DNA of 64,000 nt from positions 81,863-145,862 of the forward strand of contig JAYPFK010000011.1 in assembly GCA_038126235.1 (NCBI GenBank). Reading direction: 5' to 3'. Source of the stretch: Verrucomicrobiales bacterium. Its GTDB lineage: Bacteria; Verrucomicrobiota; Verrucomicrobiia; Limisphaerales; JAYPEY01. Of the stretch, positions 29,557 through 40,200 are shown piece after piece. The notes under the pieces are model-generated. The model had not been told where the DNA came from, searched no databases, and worked only from the letters and a program-made list of their open reading frames with translations. Numbering within the stretch: the stretch's first letter is position 1; every line of letters starts with the position of its first letter. The position numbers and the translations under genes were made by a program.

Positions 29557-32256
29557 ATGTTTCATTCCGCCCAACGCTCCTTTCGGGGCGCGGTCTGCGC
29601 CGCGACAATCGCGGCGGCAACCGGCGCCGCCACCGCAGCAGAAACCCTCGTCCCCTCGGATCTCTTCACGACCCTGCCCGGTCTGGAGGTCACCGTCTGG
29701 GCGGCCTCGCCGATGCTCAAGAACCCCACCAACATCGACATCGACAAGGACGGCCGCATCTGGGTCGCCGAGGGCGTCAATTACCGCGGCCACTATGGCC
29801 GACGCGCCGAGGGCGACCGCATCACCGTGCTGGAGGACACCGACGGCGACGGCAAGGCCGACAAGGAGTGGACCTTCGTGCAGGAGAAGTTCCTCGTCGC
29901 GCCGTTGGGCGTGGCGGTTTTTGACAACAAGATCGTCGTGTCCCAGACCCCGGACCTGATCGTCTACACCGACGTCAACCGGAACCTGAAGTTCGACGAG
30001 GGCACGGACAAGCGCGAGGTCCTGCTCTCCGGCTTCAACGGCCGCAACCACGACCACAGCCTCCACAGCGTCTACGCCGGCCCCGACGGCCGCTGGTATT
30101 TCAGCGCCGGCAACTGCGGCGCGAAGTTCACCGACAAGTCCGGCAAGACCTTCCGCATCGGCGGCCCCTACAATCCGCGCTCCACGCACAAGGAGACTCC
30201 CATGCTCTTCAACAACAATGAAATCGCCGGCCAGACCAGCGACGACGGCCACGTCTGGGTTGGCGGCTTTGTGGCGCGGGTCTATCCCGACGGAACGAAG
30301 TGCGAGATCCTCGGCCACAACTTCCGCAACAGCTACGAGCAGACCGTCACCTCCTTCGGCGACATCTTCCAGAACGACAACGACGATCCGCCCGCCTGCC
30401 GCGTCGACTATGTGATGGAAGGCGGCAACGCCGGTTTCGCCTCGGCGGACGGCAAGCGCGACTGGCGCGCGGACAAGCGCCCCGGCCAGGACGTTCCCAC
30501 CGCGGAATGGCGGCAGGAGGATCCCGGCACGATGCCGTCCGGTGATGTCTACGGCGGCGGCTCCCCCACCGGCGTCGCCTTCTACGAGAACGGCGCGCTC
30601 GGCAAGGAGCACGAAGGCATGCTGCTTTCCTGTGAGGCCGGCCGCAATGTGGTCTTCGGCTACAAGCCCCGCCTCGACGGCGCCGGCTTCAAGCTGGAGC
30701 GCTTCGACTTCCTCACCTCGAACAAGGACAAGCAGTTCGCCGGTTCGGACTTCCTCGGCGGCCACAACAGCGTGAACAACGAGCTGAAGACCCTGTTCCG
30801 TCCCTCCGACGTCTGCGTCGGCCCGGACGGCGCGGTCTACGTCTCGGACTGGTTCGACGCCCGCGTCGGCGGTCATGCCGCCCTGGACGAAACGGACTCC
30901 GGCGCGATCTACCGCGTCGCCCCGCGCGGCTTCACGCCGAAGGTCCCGGAACTTGATCTGAAGAAGACCAAGGGCCAGCTCGCCGCCCTCGAAAGCCCCG
31001 CAGTGAACGTCCGCACGCTCGGCTTCAACGCGCTGAAGCAGGAAGGCGGACGCAAGGCGGCCTCCACCGCCGCGAAACTGCTGGGCGACAGCAACCCTTA
31101 CCTCCATGCGCGCGGCGTCTGGCTGCTGGCCAACCTCGGCAGCGCGGGCCTGGGCCGCGTGGAGAAGGAACTGAGCGACAAGGACCCGAACATCCGCATC
31201 GCCGCCTTCCGCGCCCTGCGCCAGATGGACAGCAACGTCCTCATCCATTCCCGACTCCTGGCGAAGGACCCTTCCCCCGCCGTCCGTCGCGAAGTCGCAC
31301 TGGCCATGCGCAACGTCAAGCTCGCCGACGCCCGTGACATCCTGATTGACATCGCCAAGGGCTTCGACGGCAAGGACCGCCACTACCTCGAGGCGATCGG
31401 CCTCGGCTGCAAGGGCAAGGAGGCGCCGATGTTCGAGGCCTTCGCCAAGGCCCTCGGCGGCGACACGGCCGGCCCGCGCTGGTCGCCGAAATACGCGAAG
31501 ATCGCCTGGCGGCTGCATCCGGAAAGCTCGGTCTCGGCCTTCCGCGCCCGGGCGCTGTCCCTGACCCTGTCGCCGGAGGATCGCAAGGAGGCGTTGACCG
31601 CCCTCGCGTTCATCTACACCCAGGCCGCCGCCGACGCGGTGGTCGAGATCGCCGAACGCTCCTCCGGTTCGCTCCAGGCCACCGCCGTCTGGTGGCTGCT
31701 CAACCAGAGCAACCACAACTGGAAGGACTTCGGCCTCCGCGCCAAGCTCAAGGCGAGCGGCATCTACGATCCGGCGACCGTCCAGGTCATGTCGCTGATG
31801 GTCCCCAAACCGGAGGGACCGACCAGGATGAAGGTCGAAGACGTCCTGAAACTGACCGGCAACCCCCAGACCGGCAAACAGATCGCGACCGCCTGCGTCA
31901 CCTGCCATCGCGTCGAGGGCGTCGGCGTCGATTACGCGCCGGATCTGAACGCCTTCGCCAAGACCCAGACCACCGATGTCATCATCCGCTCGATCATCGA
32001 TCCTTCGGCCGACATCTCCCACGGCTACGACGGCTACCAGATCGTCACCAAGGACGACCAGACCATCCACGGCCTGATCCTCTCCGACGGCGATCCCGTG
32101 ATCGTCCAGTCCATGGGCGGCGTGACCCAGATGATTCCAAAGAACCGCATCAAGTCGAAAACCAAGCTCGGCCGCTCCCTCATGCTCTCCGCCGAGCAAC
32201 TGGGACTCACCGAACAGTTCGTCGCCGACATCGTGGCCTATCTGAAGGGGCTGTGA
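29557..32256 (+). CDS. PVC-type heme-binding CxxCH protein (dehydrogenase-like propeller + HEAT repeats + cytochrome c domain)
   Basis: Signal peptide. N-terminal block PMLKNPTNIDIDKDGRIWVAEGVNYRG...DTDGDGKAD. HEAT-like repeats (NPYLHARGVWLLANLG, DPNIRIAAFRAL). C-terminal CVTCHRVEG...GYDGYQIVTKDD domain. Confidence 0.88.
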   Translation: MFHSAQRSFRGAVCAATIAAATGAATAAETLVPSDLFTTLPGLEVTVWAASPMLKNPTNIDIDKDGRIWVAEGVNYRGHYGRRAEGDRITVLEDTDGDGKADKEWTFVQEKFLVAPLGVAVFDNKIVVSQTPDLIVYTDVNRNLKFDEGTDKREVLLSGFNGRNHDHSLHSVYAGPDGRWYFSAGNCGAKFTDKSGKTFRIGGPYNPRSTHKETPMLFNNNEIAGQTSDDGHVWVGGFVARVYPDGTKCEILGHNFRNSYEQTVTSFGDIFQNDNDDPPACRVDYVMEGGNAGFASADGKRDWRADKRPGQDVPTAEWRQEDPGTMPSGDVYGGGSPTGVAFYENGALGKEHEGMLLSCEAGRNVVFGYKPRLDGAGFKLERFDFLTSNKDKQFAGSDFLGGHNSVNNELKTLFRPSDVCVGPDGAVYVSDWFDARVGGHAALDETDSGAIYRVAPRGFTPKVPELDLKKTKGQLAALESPAVNVRTLGFNALKQEGGRKAASTAAKLLGDSNPYLHARGVWLLANLGSAGLGRVEKELSDKDPNIRIAAFRALRQMDSNVLIHSRLLAKDPSPAVRREVALAMRNVKLADARDILIDIAKGFDGKDRHYLEAIGLGCKGKEAPMFEAFAKALGGDTAGPRWSPKYAKIAWRLHPESSVSAFRARALSLTLSPEDRKEALTALAFIYTQAAADAVVEIAERSSGSLQATAVWWLLNQSNHNWKDFGLRAKLKASGIYDPATVQVMSLMVPKPEGPTRMKVEDVLKLTGNPQTGKQIATACVTCHRVEGVGVDYAPDLNAFAKTQTTDVIIRSIIDPSADISHGYDGYQIVTKDDQTIHGLILSDGDPVIVQSMGGVTQMIPKNRIKSKTKLGRSLMLSAEQLGLTEQFVADIVAYLKGL

Positions 32257-32262
32257 GCCGGA

Positions 32263-32388
32263 GCGAATTCTCGGACCGCGGCTGTGTCCCGTCTTCGGGA
32301 CCAGCCGACGCTGCCTCCAACTCGCCGACGCCTCGAAACCTGCCGGAGCAAGATCGCCACCCGCGTTGCTGCGGCTGGTCTCTGACAC
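32263..32388. repeat. MITE-like palindromic element, family 1, copy B
   Basis: Arms GGACCGCGGCTGTGTCCCGTCTTCGGGACCAGCCGACGCTGC and TTGCTGCGGCTGGTCTCTGACACAGCCGCGCAC. Starts 7 nt after the stop at 32256. Confidence 0.8.
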
Positions 32389-32473
32389 AGCCGCGCACCG
32401 GAAACGCCGCGCTCGACTCGGAGGCGCATCATGCGGAATTCCGCTCGACGGAAATCTCTCGCGTGGGATCGAA

Positions 32474-32518
32474 GTCTACATGCAAGAATCACGTACGTTA
32501 CAATTACATGTAAACATC
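32474..32518. repeat. AT-rich palindromic motif, copy 2
   Basis: GTCTACATGCAAGAATCACGTACGTTACAATTACATGTAAACATC is 34/45 identical to 18909-18953. Lies 90-134 nt upstream of the ATG at 32608. Confidence 0.7.
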
Positions 32519-32607
32519 GACTTTCGATTCTTTGGGACGAAGGCGGCTTGGACGCCGAGATTCATGCTTTTCATTCCGCGCGGAGCGGCCACTATGCCGG
32601 ACCCTGA

Positions 32608-35418
32608 ATGAGTATTTTGCGGAAAAAGTTGTTTCAGATGGTTGCCGGCGCCGTCTTGCTCCCGGTCGCGACCTCCCCGGTTGCGGCCGCGGCCGATGGC
32701 GTGGAGTTCTTTGAGAAGGAGATCCGCCCGATCCTGGCCGCGCATTGCTACGAGTGCCATTCCTCCGAAAGCGGGAAGCACAAGGGCGGACTCAACGTCG
32801 ATCACCGAGACGGCCTGCTGAAGGGCGGCGACAGCGGCCCGGCGATTGTCCCCCAGCATCCCGACCGGAGCCGCCTCATCGAGGCCGTCAGCTACCGGAA
32901 CCGGGATTTCCAGATGCCGCCCAAGCGGCCGTTGACGACGGCCCAGGTGGACGCGCTCACCAAATGGATCGAAATGGGCGCGCCCGATCCGCGCGAGGCC
33001 GGACCGGGCGCGGCTGCGAAACACCTGGAGCCGAGCGTCGAGGAAGGCCGAGATTTCTGGGCGTTCCAGCCCCTGGCCTCCCCGGCCGTTCCGCCGTCCT
33101 CCGGCAAAGACGCGAAGATCGCGAATCCCATCGACGCGTTCCACCAGGCGCGCCTAGCCACGGCCGGACTCCGGCCTGCGCCGCCGGCGGACAAGCGCGA
33201 CCTCATCCGCCGCGCGACCTACGACCTCACCGGCCTGCCCCCCACCCCGGGCGAGGTGGAGGAATTCCTGGCGGACGATTCCCCGGGAGCATTCCGCCGC
33301 GCGGTGGACCGGCTGCTGCGTTCGCCGCAGTATGGCATCCGCTGGGGACGCCATTGGCTGGATGTGGCGCGCTATGCGGACTCCAACGGCCGTGATGAAA
33401 ACCTCGCCTTCGGCAACGCCTGGAGGTATCGGGACTACGTCGTCGACGCCTTCAACAACGACAAGCCCTTCAACCGCTTCCTTGTCGAGCAGCTCGCGGG
33501 CGACCTGCTGCCCGACGCCGACCGCGAGACCTTCACCGCCACCGGCTTCCTCCAACTCGGCGCCAAGGTCCTCGCCGAAAGCGACAAGGACAAACTGCTC
33601 ATGGACACCATCGACGAGCAGATCGACACCACGGGCAAGGCCTTCCTCGGCATGACGCTCGGCTGCGCGCGCTGCCATTCACACAAGTTCGACCCGGTTC
33701 CGCAGGAGGACTACTACTCGCTCGCCGCGATCTTCAAGAGCACCGCGACCTTTGACAAAGGCGGCCGCGGCGCGATCCAGTACTGGCATGAGCGCTCCTT
33801 TGCCGACGAGGAGGAGAAGAAGCAAATCGCCGAGGTGGACAAGCAGATCGCCAAGCTGAAATCGGCGGCCTCGAGCTTCAAGTCCAAGGCCACGGTGAAA
33901 CTGCGCGGCGAGGCGCGCGCCCAGGCGGCCGACTACCTTGCCGCGGCGACAAGGTTCAAACCCAGCGCGACGCTGGAGGAGGTGGCAATGATCGCCGCGC
34001 CAGAGGGATTGCATCCGCGCATCCTCCACACCTGCCGCCTGCATCTGGAATACAACAAGACCGATCCCTTCTTCTCCCAGTGGCACGAACGCGCAAACGA
34101 CCCGACCGCGGTGAAAGCGCATTTCGCGAAGGTGTTCGAGGAGGCGGAAGCCGCCTTCGCCGAGGCGCGCAAGAAGGACCCGAAGGAAGCCAAGCTTACC
34201 GACGAGCGCCTTGAACTCGCGCGCGCCGCGCTCTACGACCTCTCGGGTTTTCTCACCGTCCCCGCCAAACCGGAACACGCCTTCGACGCCGAAACCCTCG
34301 CGGAGCACGACCGGTTGAACGAGGAGGCGCGGGTCTTCGAGAGCGCAGCCGCCGACATCACCGCCGCCATGGGCGTCACCGACGGCGAGATCCTGAAGGA
34401 ACTGCCGCTGCACATCCGCGGCAGCCACATCAACCTCGGGAGGCCGGTTCCCCGCGGCGTGCCCCGGGTGATGCGCTTCAGCCGCCGGAGCCTGAAATTC
34501 CCGGACAACCAGAGCGGTCGCCTGGAGCTGGCGAAGTGGATGGCCGACGACCGCCATCCGCTCACCGCCCGCGTCTTCGTCAACCGCGTCTGGCGCTGGC
34601 ATTTCGGCCGCGGAATCGTCGCCACGCCGAACAACTTCGGCGAGCAGGGCGCCCGGCCGACGCATCCCGAACTGCTGGACTGGCTGGCCGGCGAGTTCAT
34701 CCGCTCGGGCTGGAGCGTCAAGGCGCTGCATCGCCTGATCATGAACTCCAACGCCTACCGCATGGCGGCGCACCATTCCGATCCCGCCCTCGCCGATCGC
34801 ATCGATCCCTCGAACCTGCTCTGGTCGCGCTTCGACATCCGTCGCCTGGAAGCCGAGGAGATTCGCGATTCCGCCCTGGCCGCGGCCGGGATGCTGGACA
34901 AGCGTCTGGGCGGCAAGACCATCCCCCTGCGCAACCGCCAGTTCTTCTTCAACCACACCTCCAAGGATCACACCCACTACGAGAAGCTCCGCCGGCGCTC
35001 GCTCTATCTGCCCGTCGTGCGCAACCACCTGTGTGACATCTTCGAGCAGTTCGATTTCCCGGATCCGAACCTCACGGTCGGCAACCGCCAGTCCACCACG
35101 GTCGCGCCGCAGGCCCTGATGATGATGAACTCCACCCTGTTCATGGATGCCGGCGACGCCCTCGCCGAGCAGCTTCTGGAAACTGGAGCCGACGACGCCC
35201 GGCGCGTGGAGCTGGCCTACGAACGCGCGCTGGTCCGTCCGCCCACAGATGCCGAGCGCGAACGCGCGCTGCAATTCGTCGCCGAAATGACCGGCCCGCC
35301 CGCCCTGCTGAACTCCTCGACCGTGGATGAAGCCGCGACCGCTGAAGCCCGCCGGGAAGCCTGGTCGCTGTTCTGTCAAAGCCTGCTGGCGTCGAATGAG
35401 TTTGTTTATCTGAAATGA
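32608..35418 (+). CDS. PSCyt1/DUF1549/DUF1553 (PSD1) family protein
   Basis: Signal peptide, then CxxCH (AAHCYECHSSE). Motifs PIDAFHQARLATAGLRP and GCARCHSHKFDP. DUF1553-type C-terminus (HPELLDWLAGEF...NRQSTTVAPQALMMMN). Confidence 0.9.
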   Translation: MSILRKKLFQMVAGAVLLPVATSPVAAAADGVEFFEKEIRPILAAHCYECHSSESGKHKGGLNVDHRDGLLKGGDSGPAIVPQHPDRSRLIEAVSYRNRDFQMPPKRPLTTAQVDALTKWIEMGAPDPREAGPGAAAKHLEPSVEEGRDFWAFQPLASPAVPPSSGKDAKIANPIDAFHQARLATAGLRPAPPADKRDLIRRATYDLTGLPPTPGEVEEFLADDSPGAFRRAVDRLLRSPQYGIRWGRHWLDVARYADSNGRDENLAFGNAWRYRDYVVDAFNNDKPFNRFLVEQLAGDLLPDADRETFTATGFLQLGAKVLAESDKDKLLMDTIDEQIDTTGKAFLGMTLGCARCHSHKFDPVPQEDYYSLAAIFKSTATFDKGGRGAIQYWHERSFADEEEKKQIAEVDKQIAKLKSAASSFKSKATVKLRGEARAQAADYLAAATRFKPSATLEEVAMIAAPEGLHPRILHTCRLHLEYNKTDPFFSQWHERANDPTAVKAHFAKVFEEAEAAFAEARKKDPKEAKLTDERLELARAALYDLSGFLTVPAKPEHAFDAETLAEHDRLNEEARVFESAAADITAAMGVTDGEILKELPLHIRGSHINLGRPVPRGVPRVMRFSRRSLKFPDNQSGRLELAKWMADDRHPLTARVFVNRVWRWHFGRGIVATPNNFGEQGARPTHPELLDWLAGEFIRSGWSVKALHRLIMNSNAYRMAAHHSDPALADRIDPSNLLWSRFDIRRLEAEEIRDSALAAAGMLDKRLGGKTIPLRNRQFFFNHTSKDHTHYEKLRRRSLYLPVVRNHLCDIFEQFDFPDPNLTVGNRQSTTVAPQALMMMNSTLFMDAGDALAEQLLETGADDARRVELAYERALVRPPTDAERERALQFVAEMTGPPALLNSSTVDEAATAEARREAWSLFCQSLLASNEFVYLK

Positions 35419-36839
35419 ACGACAACGCCCCATTGATCACCCGCCGCCGGATGCTCCGCGACAGCGCCGTGGGCTTCGGCAACATCGCCCTGCTGTCGAT
35501 GCTCCATGGCGAGGCCTCGGCATCCAACGCCGTCAAGCCGGGCAATCCCCTGGCCGCGAAGATCCCGCACATTGCGCCGCGGGCGAAGCGGGTCGTGTTC
35601 CTGTTCATGAAGGGGGGGCCGTCGCACGTGGACACCTTCGATCCCAAGCCGCTGCTCACCCGCGACCACGGCAAGAAGCCGCCCTTCGACCTGCCGCGCG
35701 TCACCTTCGCCAAGCAGGGCAATCTCCTGAAGTCGCCCTGGGAGTTCAAGCAACACGGCCAGAGCGGCCTGCCCGTCAGCAGTCTCTTCCCCAACGTCGC
35801 GAAGTGCATCGACGACCTCTGCATCCTGCGTTCGGTGCACGGCACCAATCCCGCGCACGGCGGCGCGCTGCTCAAGCTGCACACCGGCAGCGACAACTTC
35901 ATCCGGCCCAGCATGGGCTCCTGGGTCGTCTACGGCCTCGGAACGGAGAACGAGAATCTCCCCGCCTTCATCACCATCTGCCCGACCCTGGCCCACGGCG
36001 GCGTGACGAACTGGGGCGCGCAATTCCTGCCGGCCTACTGCCAGGGCACGCCGATCGGCAACGCCAGCCTCGCGGCCAGGACGGTCGGGGTGAAGAACAT
36101 CCGCAACCAGCGCATCGACGCCCGCACGCAACGGCGGCAACTGGACCTGATCGCCGCCATGAACCGCGATCACCTGGAGGCCTCCGGCGCGGAGAAGGCG
36201 CTGCTCGGACGGCTCAACTCCTTCGAACTCGCCTACCGGATGCAAACCTCGATGCCCGAGGCGCAGGACCTTTCCGGCGAATCCGAGGCGACCAAGAAGC
36301 TCTACGGCATCGACGATCCGGTGACCGAGGACTTCGGCCACCAGTGCCTGATGGCGCGCCGCTTCCTCGAACGCGGCGTCCGCTTCGTGCAGGTCACGCA
36401 CAGCGACAGCGAGGTGCAGTGGGACCAGCACAGCAACCTCTACCAGGGCCACACCAAGAACGCCGCCGAGGTGGACAAGCCGATCGCCGGCTTCCTCCGC
36501 GACCTCAAGTCGCAGGGCCTGCTCGAGGACACGCTGGTGATGTGGGGCGGCGAATTCGGCCGCACGCCCACCGCGCAGGGCAACAACGGTCGCGACCACA
36601 ATCCCCACGGCTTCACCATGTGGTTCGCCGGCGCCGGCGTGAAGGGCGGTCACGCCTACGGCGCCACCGACGACTACGGCTACTACGCCGCCGTGGACAA
36701 GATGCACGTCCACGACCTTCACGCCACGATGCTCCACGCCCTGGGCATGGACCACGAGAAGCTGACCTTCCATTACGCCGGCTTCGACCACCGTCTCACC
36801 GGCGTCGAAGGAAACGTCGCGACGGAGATCTTCGGGTGA
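35415..36839 (+). CDS. DUF1501 family protein (TAT signal)
   Basis: TAT signal ITRRRMLRDSAVGFGNIALLSML. Motifs MKGGPSHVDTFDPKP and GGEFGRTP...GRDHNP. The ATG overlaps the upstream stop (ATGA at 35415-35418). Confidence 0.9.
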   Translation: MNDNAPLITRRRMLRDSAVGFGNIALLSMLHGEASASNAVKPGNPLAAKIPHIAPRAKRVVFLFMKGGPSHVDTFDPKPLLTRDHGKKPPFDLPRVTFAKQGNLLKSPWEFKQHGQSGLPVSSLFPNVAKCIDDLCILRSVHGTNPAHGGALLKLHTGSDNFIRPSMGSWVVYGLGTENENLPAFITICPTLAHGGVTNWGAQFLPAYCQGTPIGNASLAARTVGVKNIRNQRIDARTQRRQLDLIAAMNRDHLEASGAEKALLGRLNSFELAYRMQTSMPEAQDLSGESEATKKLYGIDDPVTEDFGHQCLMARRFLERGVRFVQVTHSDSEVQWDQHSNLYQGHTKNAAEVDKPIAGFLRDLKSQGLLEDTLVMWGGEFGRTPTAQGNNGRDHNPHGFTMWFAGAGVKGGHAYGATDDYGYYAAVDKMHVHDLHATMLHALGMDHEKLTFHYAGFDHRLTGVEGNVATEIFG

Positions 36840-36853
36840 CTCCTCTCCGGGGA

Positions 36854-37154
36854 GCTGTGCATTACGCACAAATTCACACTTTCAGACAACGGGGCAAACC
36901 GGTGTGGTTACAACGATTGGAGCCTGTTACACGGTAGGGCGGTCGTTGCATCGCCGCCCACTTCGACATCCTGAAGGGATGAAACAACCCGCCGCCGTGT
37001 ATTGTCGTGAGATGCTTGCGCCCTTTCAGGGCTTTGGGATGGGTCGCGACACAACGCGACCCTACCGTGATTGTCTGTCAGCGGTCGATTCCGCCTCGGA
37101 AAGCCGGGAAATAGACCGATTCCACAAATTGTGATCTTGTGCGGAATGCACAGC
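36854..37154. repeat. Composite nested palindromic element
   Basis: The outer 25-nt arms are 36854-36878 (GCTGTGCATTACGCACAAATTCACA) and 37130-37154 (reverse complement GCTGTGCATTCCGCACAAGATCACA), matching at 22/25. They enclose an inner element at 36930-37069. Its arms CACGGTAGGGCGGTCGTTGCATCGCCGCCC and GGGTCGCGACACAACGCGACCCTACCGTG are related in reverse complement, and each forms its own GC hairpin. Confidence 0.7.
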
Positions 37155-37289
37155 GCCTGAGAGGGGATCAGTGCGTTGGCATGCAGGGGGGAATGATCGT
37201 GTTTCCCAGACGCCAGGAAAGGGGTTTGGTTCGGCCGCATAAAGACGGTTCACATTTCCGGCCGAGCGGTTAGATTTGCGGCTTCGCTT

Positions 37290-40200
37290 ATGAGAAGAAC
37301 CGTTTTCGTCCTTCTGACCGCTGCGCTGTCCGGCGTCGCCTCCGCTTCCTCCGCGCCTTCCGACGTCATCCAGTTCAACCGCGACATCCGGCCGCTGCTT
37401 TCCGACGCCTGCTTCCAATGCCACGGACCCGACAAGAACTCCCGCAAGGCGAAGCTGCGCCTGGACCTGGAGCAGGAGGCCAAGGCCGACCGCAAGGGCC
37501 ACGCCAGCATCGTCCCCGGCGACCCCATGGCCAGCGAGTCCTACCTGCGCATGATCACGGACGACGAGGACGATCTGATGCCGCCGAAGGAATCCGGCAA
37601 GTCGCTCACTCCCGACGAGATTGCGCTGATCAGGAAATGGATCGAACAGGGCGCGCCCTGGCAGGGGCACTGGTCCTTCATCCGTCCCGAACGTCCCGCA
37701 ATCCCGCCCGTCGCCGACACGGAGTGGCCGCAGTCTCCGGTCGATTTCTTCATCCGCGCGCGCCTGGAACAGGAGGGGCTTCAACCGTCGTCCGAGGCCG
37801 ACCGCCGCACGCTGATCCGGCGCGTGACCTTTGATCTCACCGGCCTGCCGCCGACGCCGGACGAGGTGGATGCCTTCCTCGCCGACCGGGATCCAAACGC
37901 CTTTGAGAAGGTTGTCGACCGCCTCCTGCGCAGCCCGCGCTACGGGGAACGGATGGCGATGGCGTGGCTGGACCTCGTCCGCTACGCCGACACCGTGGGT
38001 TACCATGGCGACCAGGATTTCAGCGTCTGGCCCTACCGGGACTACGTCATCCGGGCCTTCAACGACAACATGCCCTTCGACCGTTTCACCCGCGAGCAAC
38101 TGGCCGGCGACCTTCTGCCGAACCCCACGCGCGACCAGCAGGTCGCCTCCGGTTACAACCGCCTCCTCATGATCACCGCCGAGGGCGGCGCGCAGGACAA
38201 GGAATACCTCGCCAAGTACGCCGCAGACCGTGTCCGCACGACCGCCGTGACCTGGTTGGGCGCGACGATGGGCTGCGCCGAATGCCACGACCACAAGTTC
38301 GATCCCTATACCATGGAAGACTTCTATTCGTTGGAGTCCTTCTTCGCCGACCTCGATGAAAAGGGCTTCTACGGGGGCGCCAACCGCGACGGCCGTTGGG
38401 GCCCCAGCATGCAGCTTCCGTCCCCTGAGGAAGCCGACCGTCTCAAGCAGTACGACAATGAGATCGCCCGCCTCGAAGGCGTCCTCAACACCCAGACGCC
38501 GGAACTGGACAAGGCCCAGCGCGAATGGGAGCAGCGTTTTCGCGATCTTCATGCCCGGCTCGAGCTCGCATGGCGCCCGCTCAAGCCGGTCGATGCAAAG
38601 GCCGAAAAAGGCGCTGTCCTCCATCGCAATCCGAACTACTCAATCCGCGCCTTCGGCGATCAGGTCACGCATGACAACTTCACCGTCACCCTGGAAACCG
38701 ACCGGGAACTCATCACCGGCCTGATGCTGGAGACGCTGCCCAGCGGCAAGGGAGACCAGAAGAAGGTCGGCATGAACAGCGGCAACTTCATCCTGACCGG
38801 CTTCGAGGTCGAGGCGTTGGCGCCGGGCGCGGACAAGCCCGCGAACGTGAAGCTCAGCTCCGCCGTCGCCGACTATTCGCAGAAGGGCTTCGAGATTGCC
38901 AAGGCCATCGACGGCAAGAAGGACACGGGCTGGGCCGTGGATGGCCATACGAAGAAGGAAACCCGCAAGGCCGTGTTCACCTTCGCGCAGCCAGTGAAGG
39001 CCGGCCCGGGCACGAAGCTCATCGTTCGCCTCAAGCACGAGTCCAAGCAGAAGAACCACGTCATCGGCCGCTTCCGCGTCTCGGTCAGTTCGGCGGAGCG
39101 GCCCACATTCGACAAGTTCGCCATGCCGCTCAAACGCTGGCAGATCGTCCGGGCGGACGAAAAGGAGCGCACACCCGAGCAGAAGGTTGAACTGGCGAAA
39201 CATTTCAGGAGCATCACGCCGCAACTCGATCCCGCCCGCGCCGAGCTGGCGAAGCAGCAGAGGGAGCGCGCGGCCTTCGACAAGGCGATCCCGACCACCC
39301 TGGTTTCCCGCCAGCGTGAATCGCCCCGCCCCATCCGCATCCTGCCTCGCGGCAACTGGCTCGACGAGTCCGGCCAGGTCGTCACGCCCGCCACCCCGCG
39401 CTTCCTGGGCGGTCCCCGCAGCGGCGGGAAGACCCGCCTCACCCGCCTCGACCTCGCGGACTGGCTGGTCTCCCGCGACAACCCGCTCACCGCGCGCGTG
39501 TTCGTGAACCGACTGTGGCGGCAGTATTTCGGCGTGGGGCTGTCCAAGAATCTCGACGATCTGGGCGCCCAGGGAGAAGCGCCGTCCCATCCGGAACTGC
39601 TCGACTGGATGGCGGTCGACTTCATGGACAGCGGCTGGAACGTCAAGCGCGCCGTCAAGCAGATCGTCATGTCGGCGACCTACCGGCAATCTTCCAAGGG
39701 CTCGCCCGCGTTGGATGAACGCGACCCCTACAACCGCCTGCTCGCGCGTCAGGCGCGCATCCGTCTGGACGCCGAGGTCGTCCGCGACAACGCCCTCGCG
39801 ATCAGCGGCCTGCTGGTGGAGAAGCTGGGCGGGAAGAGCGTGAAGCCCTACCAACCGGCGGATTATTACGCGCAGCTGAACTTCCCCAAGCGCACCTACA
39901 AACACGATTCCGGCCAGAACCAGTATCGCCGCGGTCTCTACACGCACTGGCAACGAACCTTCCTGCATCCGATGCTCAAGGCCTTCGACGCCCCCAGCCG
40001 CGAGGAATGCACCGCCGAAAGGCCCGTCTCCAACACCCCGCTCCAGGCCCTGACCCTGCTCAACGACCCCAGTTACGTCGAAGCCGCCCGCGTCTTCGCC
40101 GAACGCGTCATCCGGGAGGGCGGCGACAGCGTCGACGCAAAGCTCGCCTTCGCCTATCAAACCGCGCTCGCACGAAAACCAGAGGACGCCGAGCGCAAGC

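Noticed and set aside
29437-32388. Very long antisense ORFs opposite recognised genes. Examples: 29437..32388 (983 aa), 46092..48437 (781 aa), 5374..7269, 3473..5302, 20117..21826, 33679..35433, 38640..40361, 54118..55971 and 61602..63044.
   Set aside because: They lie exactly antisense to genes with strong family motifs. They are dominated by Arg/Gly/Ala/Asp/Val/His low-complexity runs typical of stop-poor frames in GC-rich DNA, and they show no recognisable domains. I treat them as shadow ORFs.
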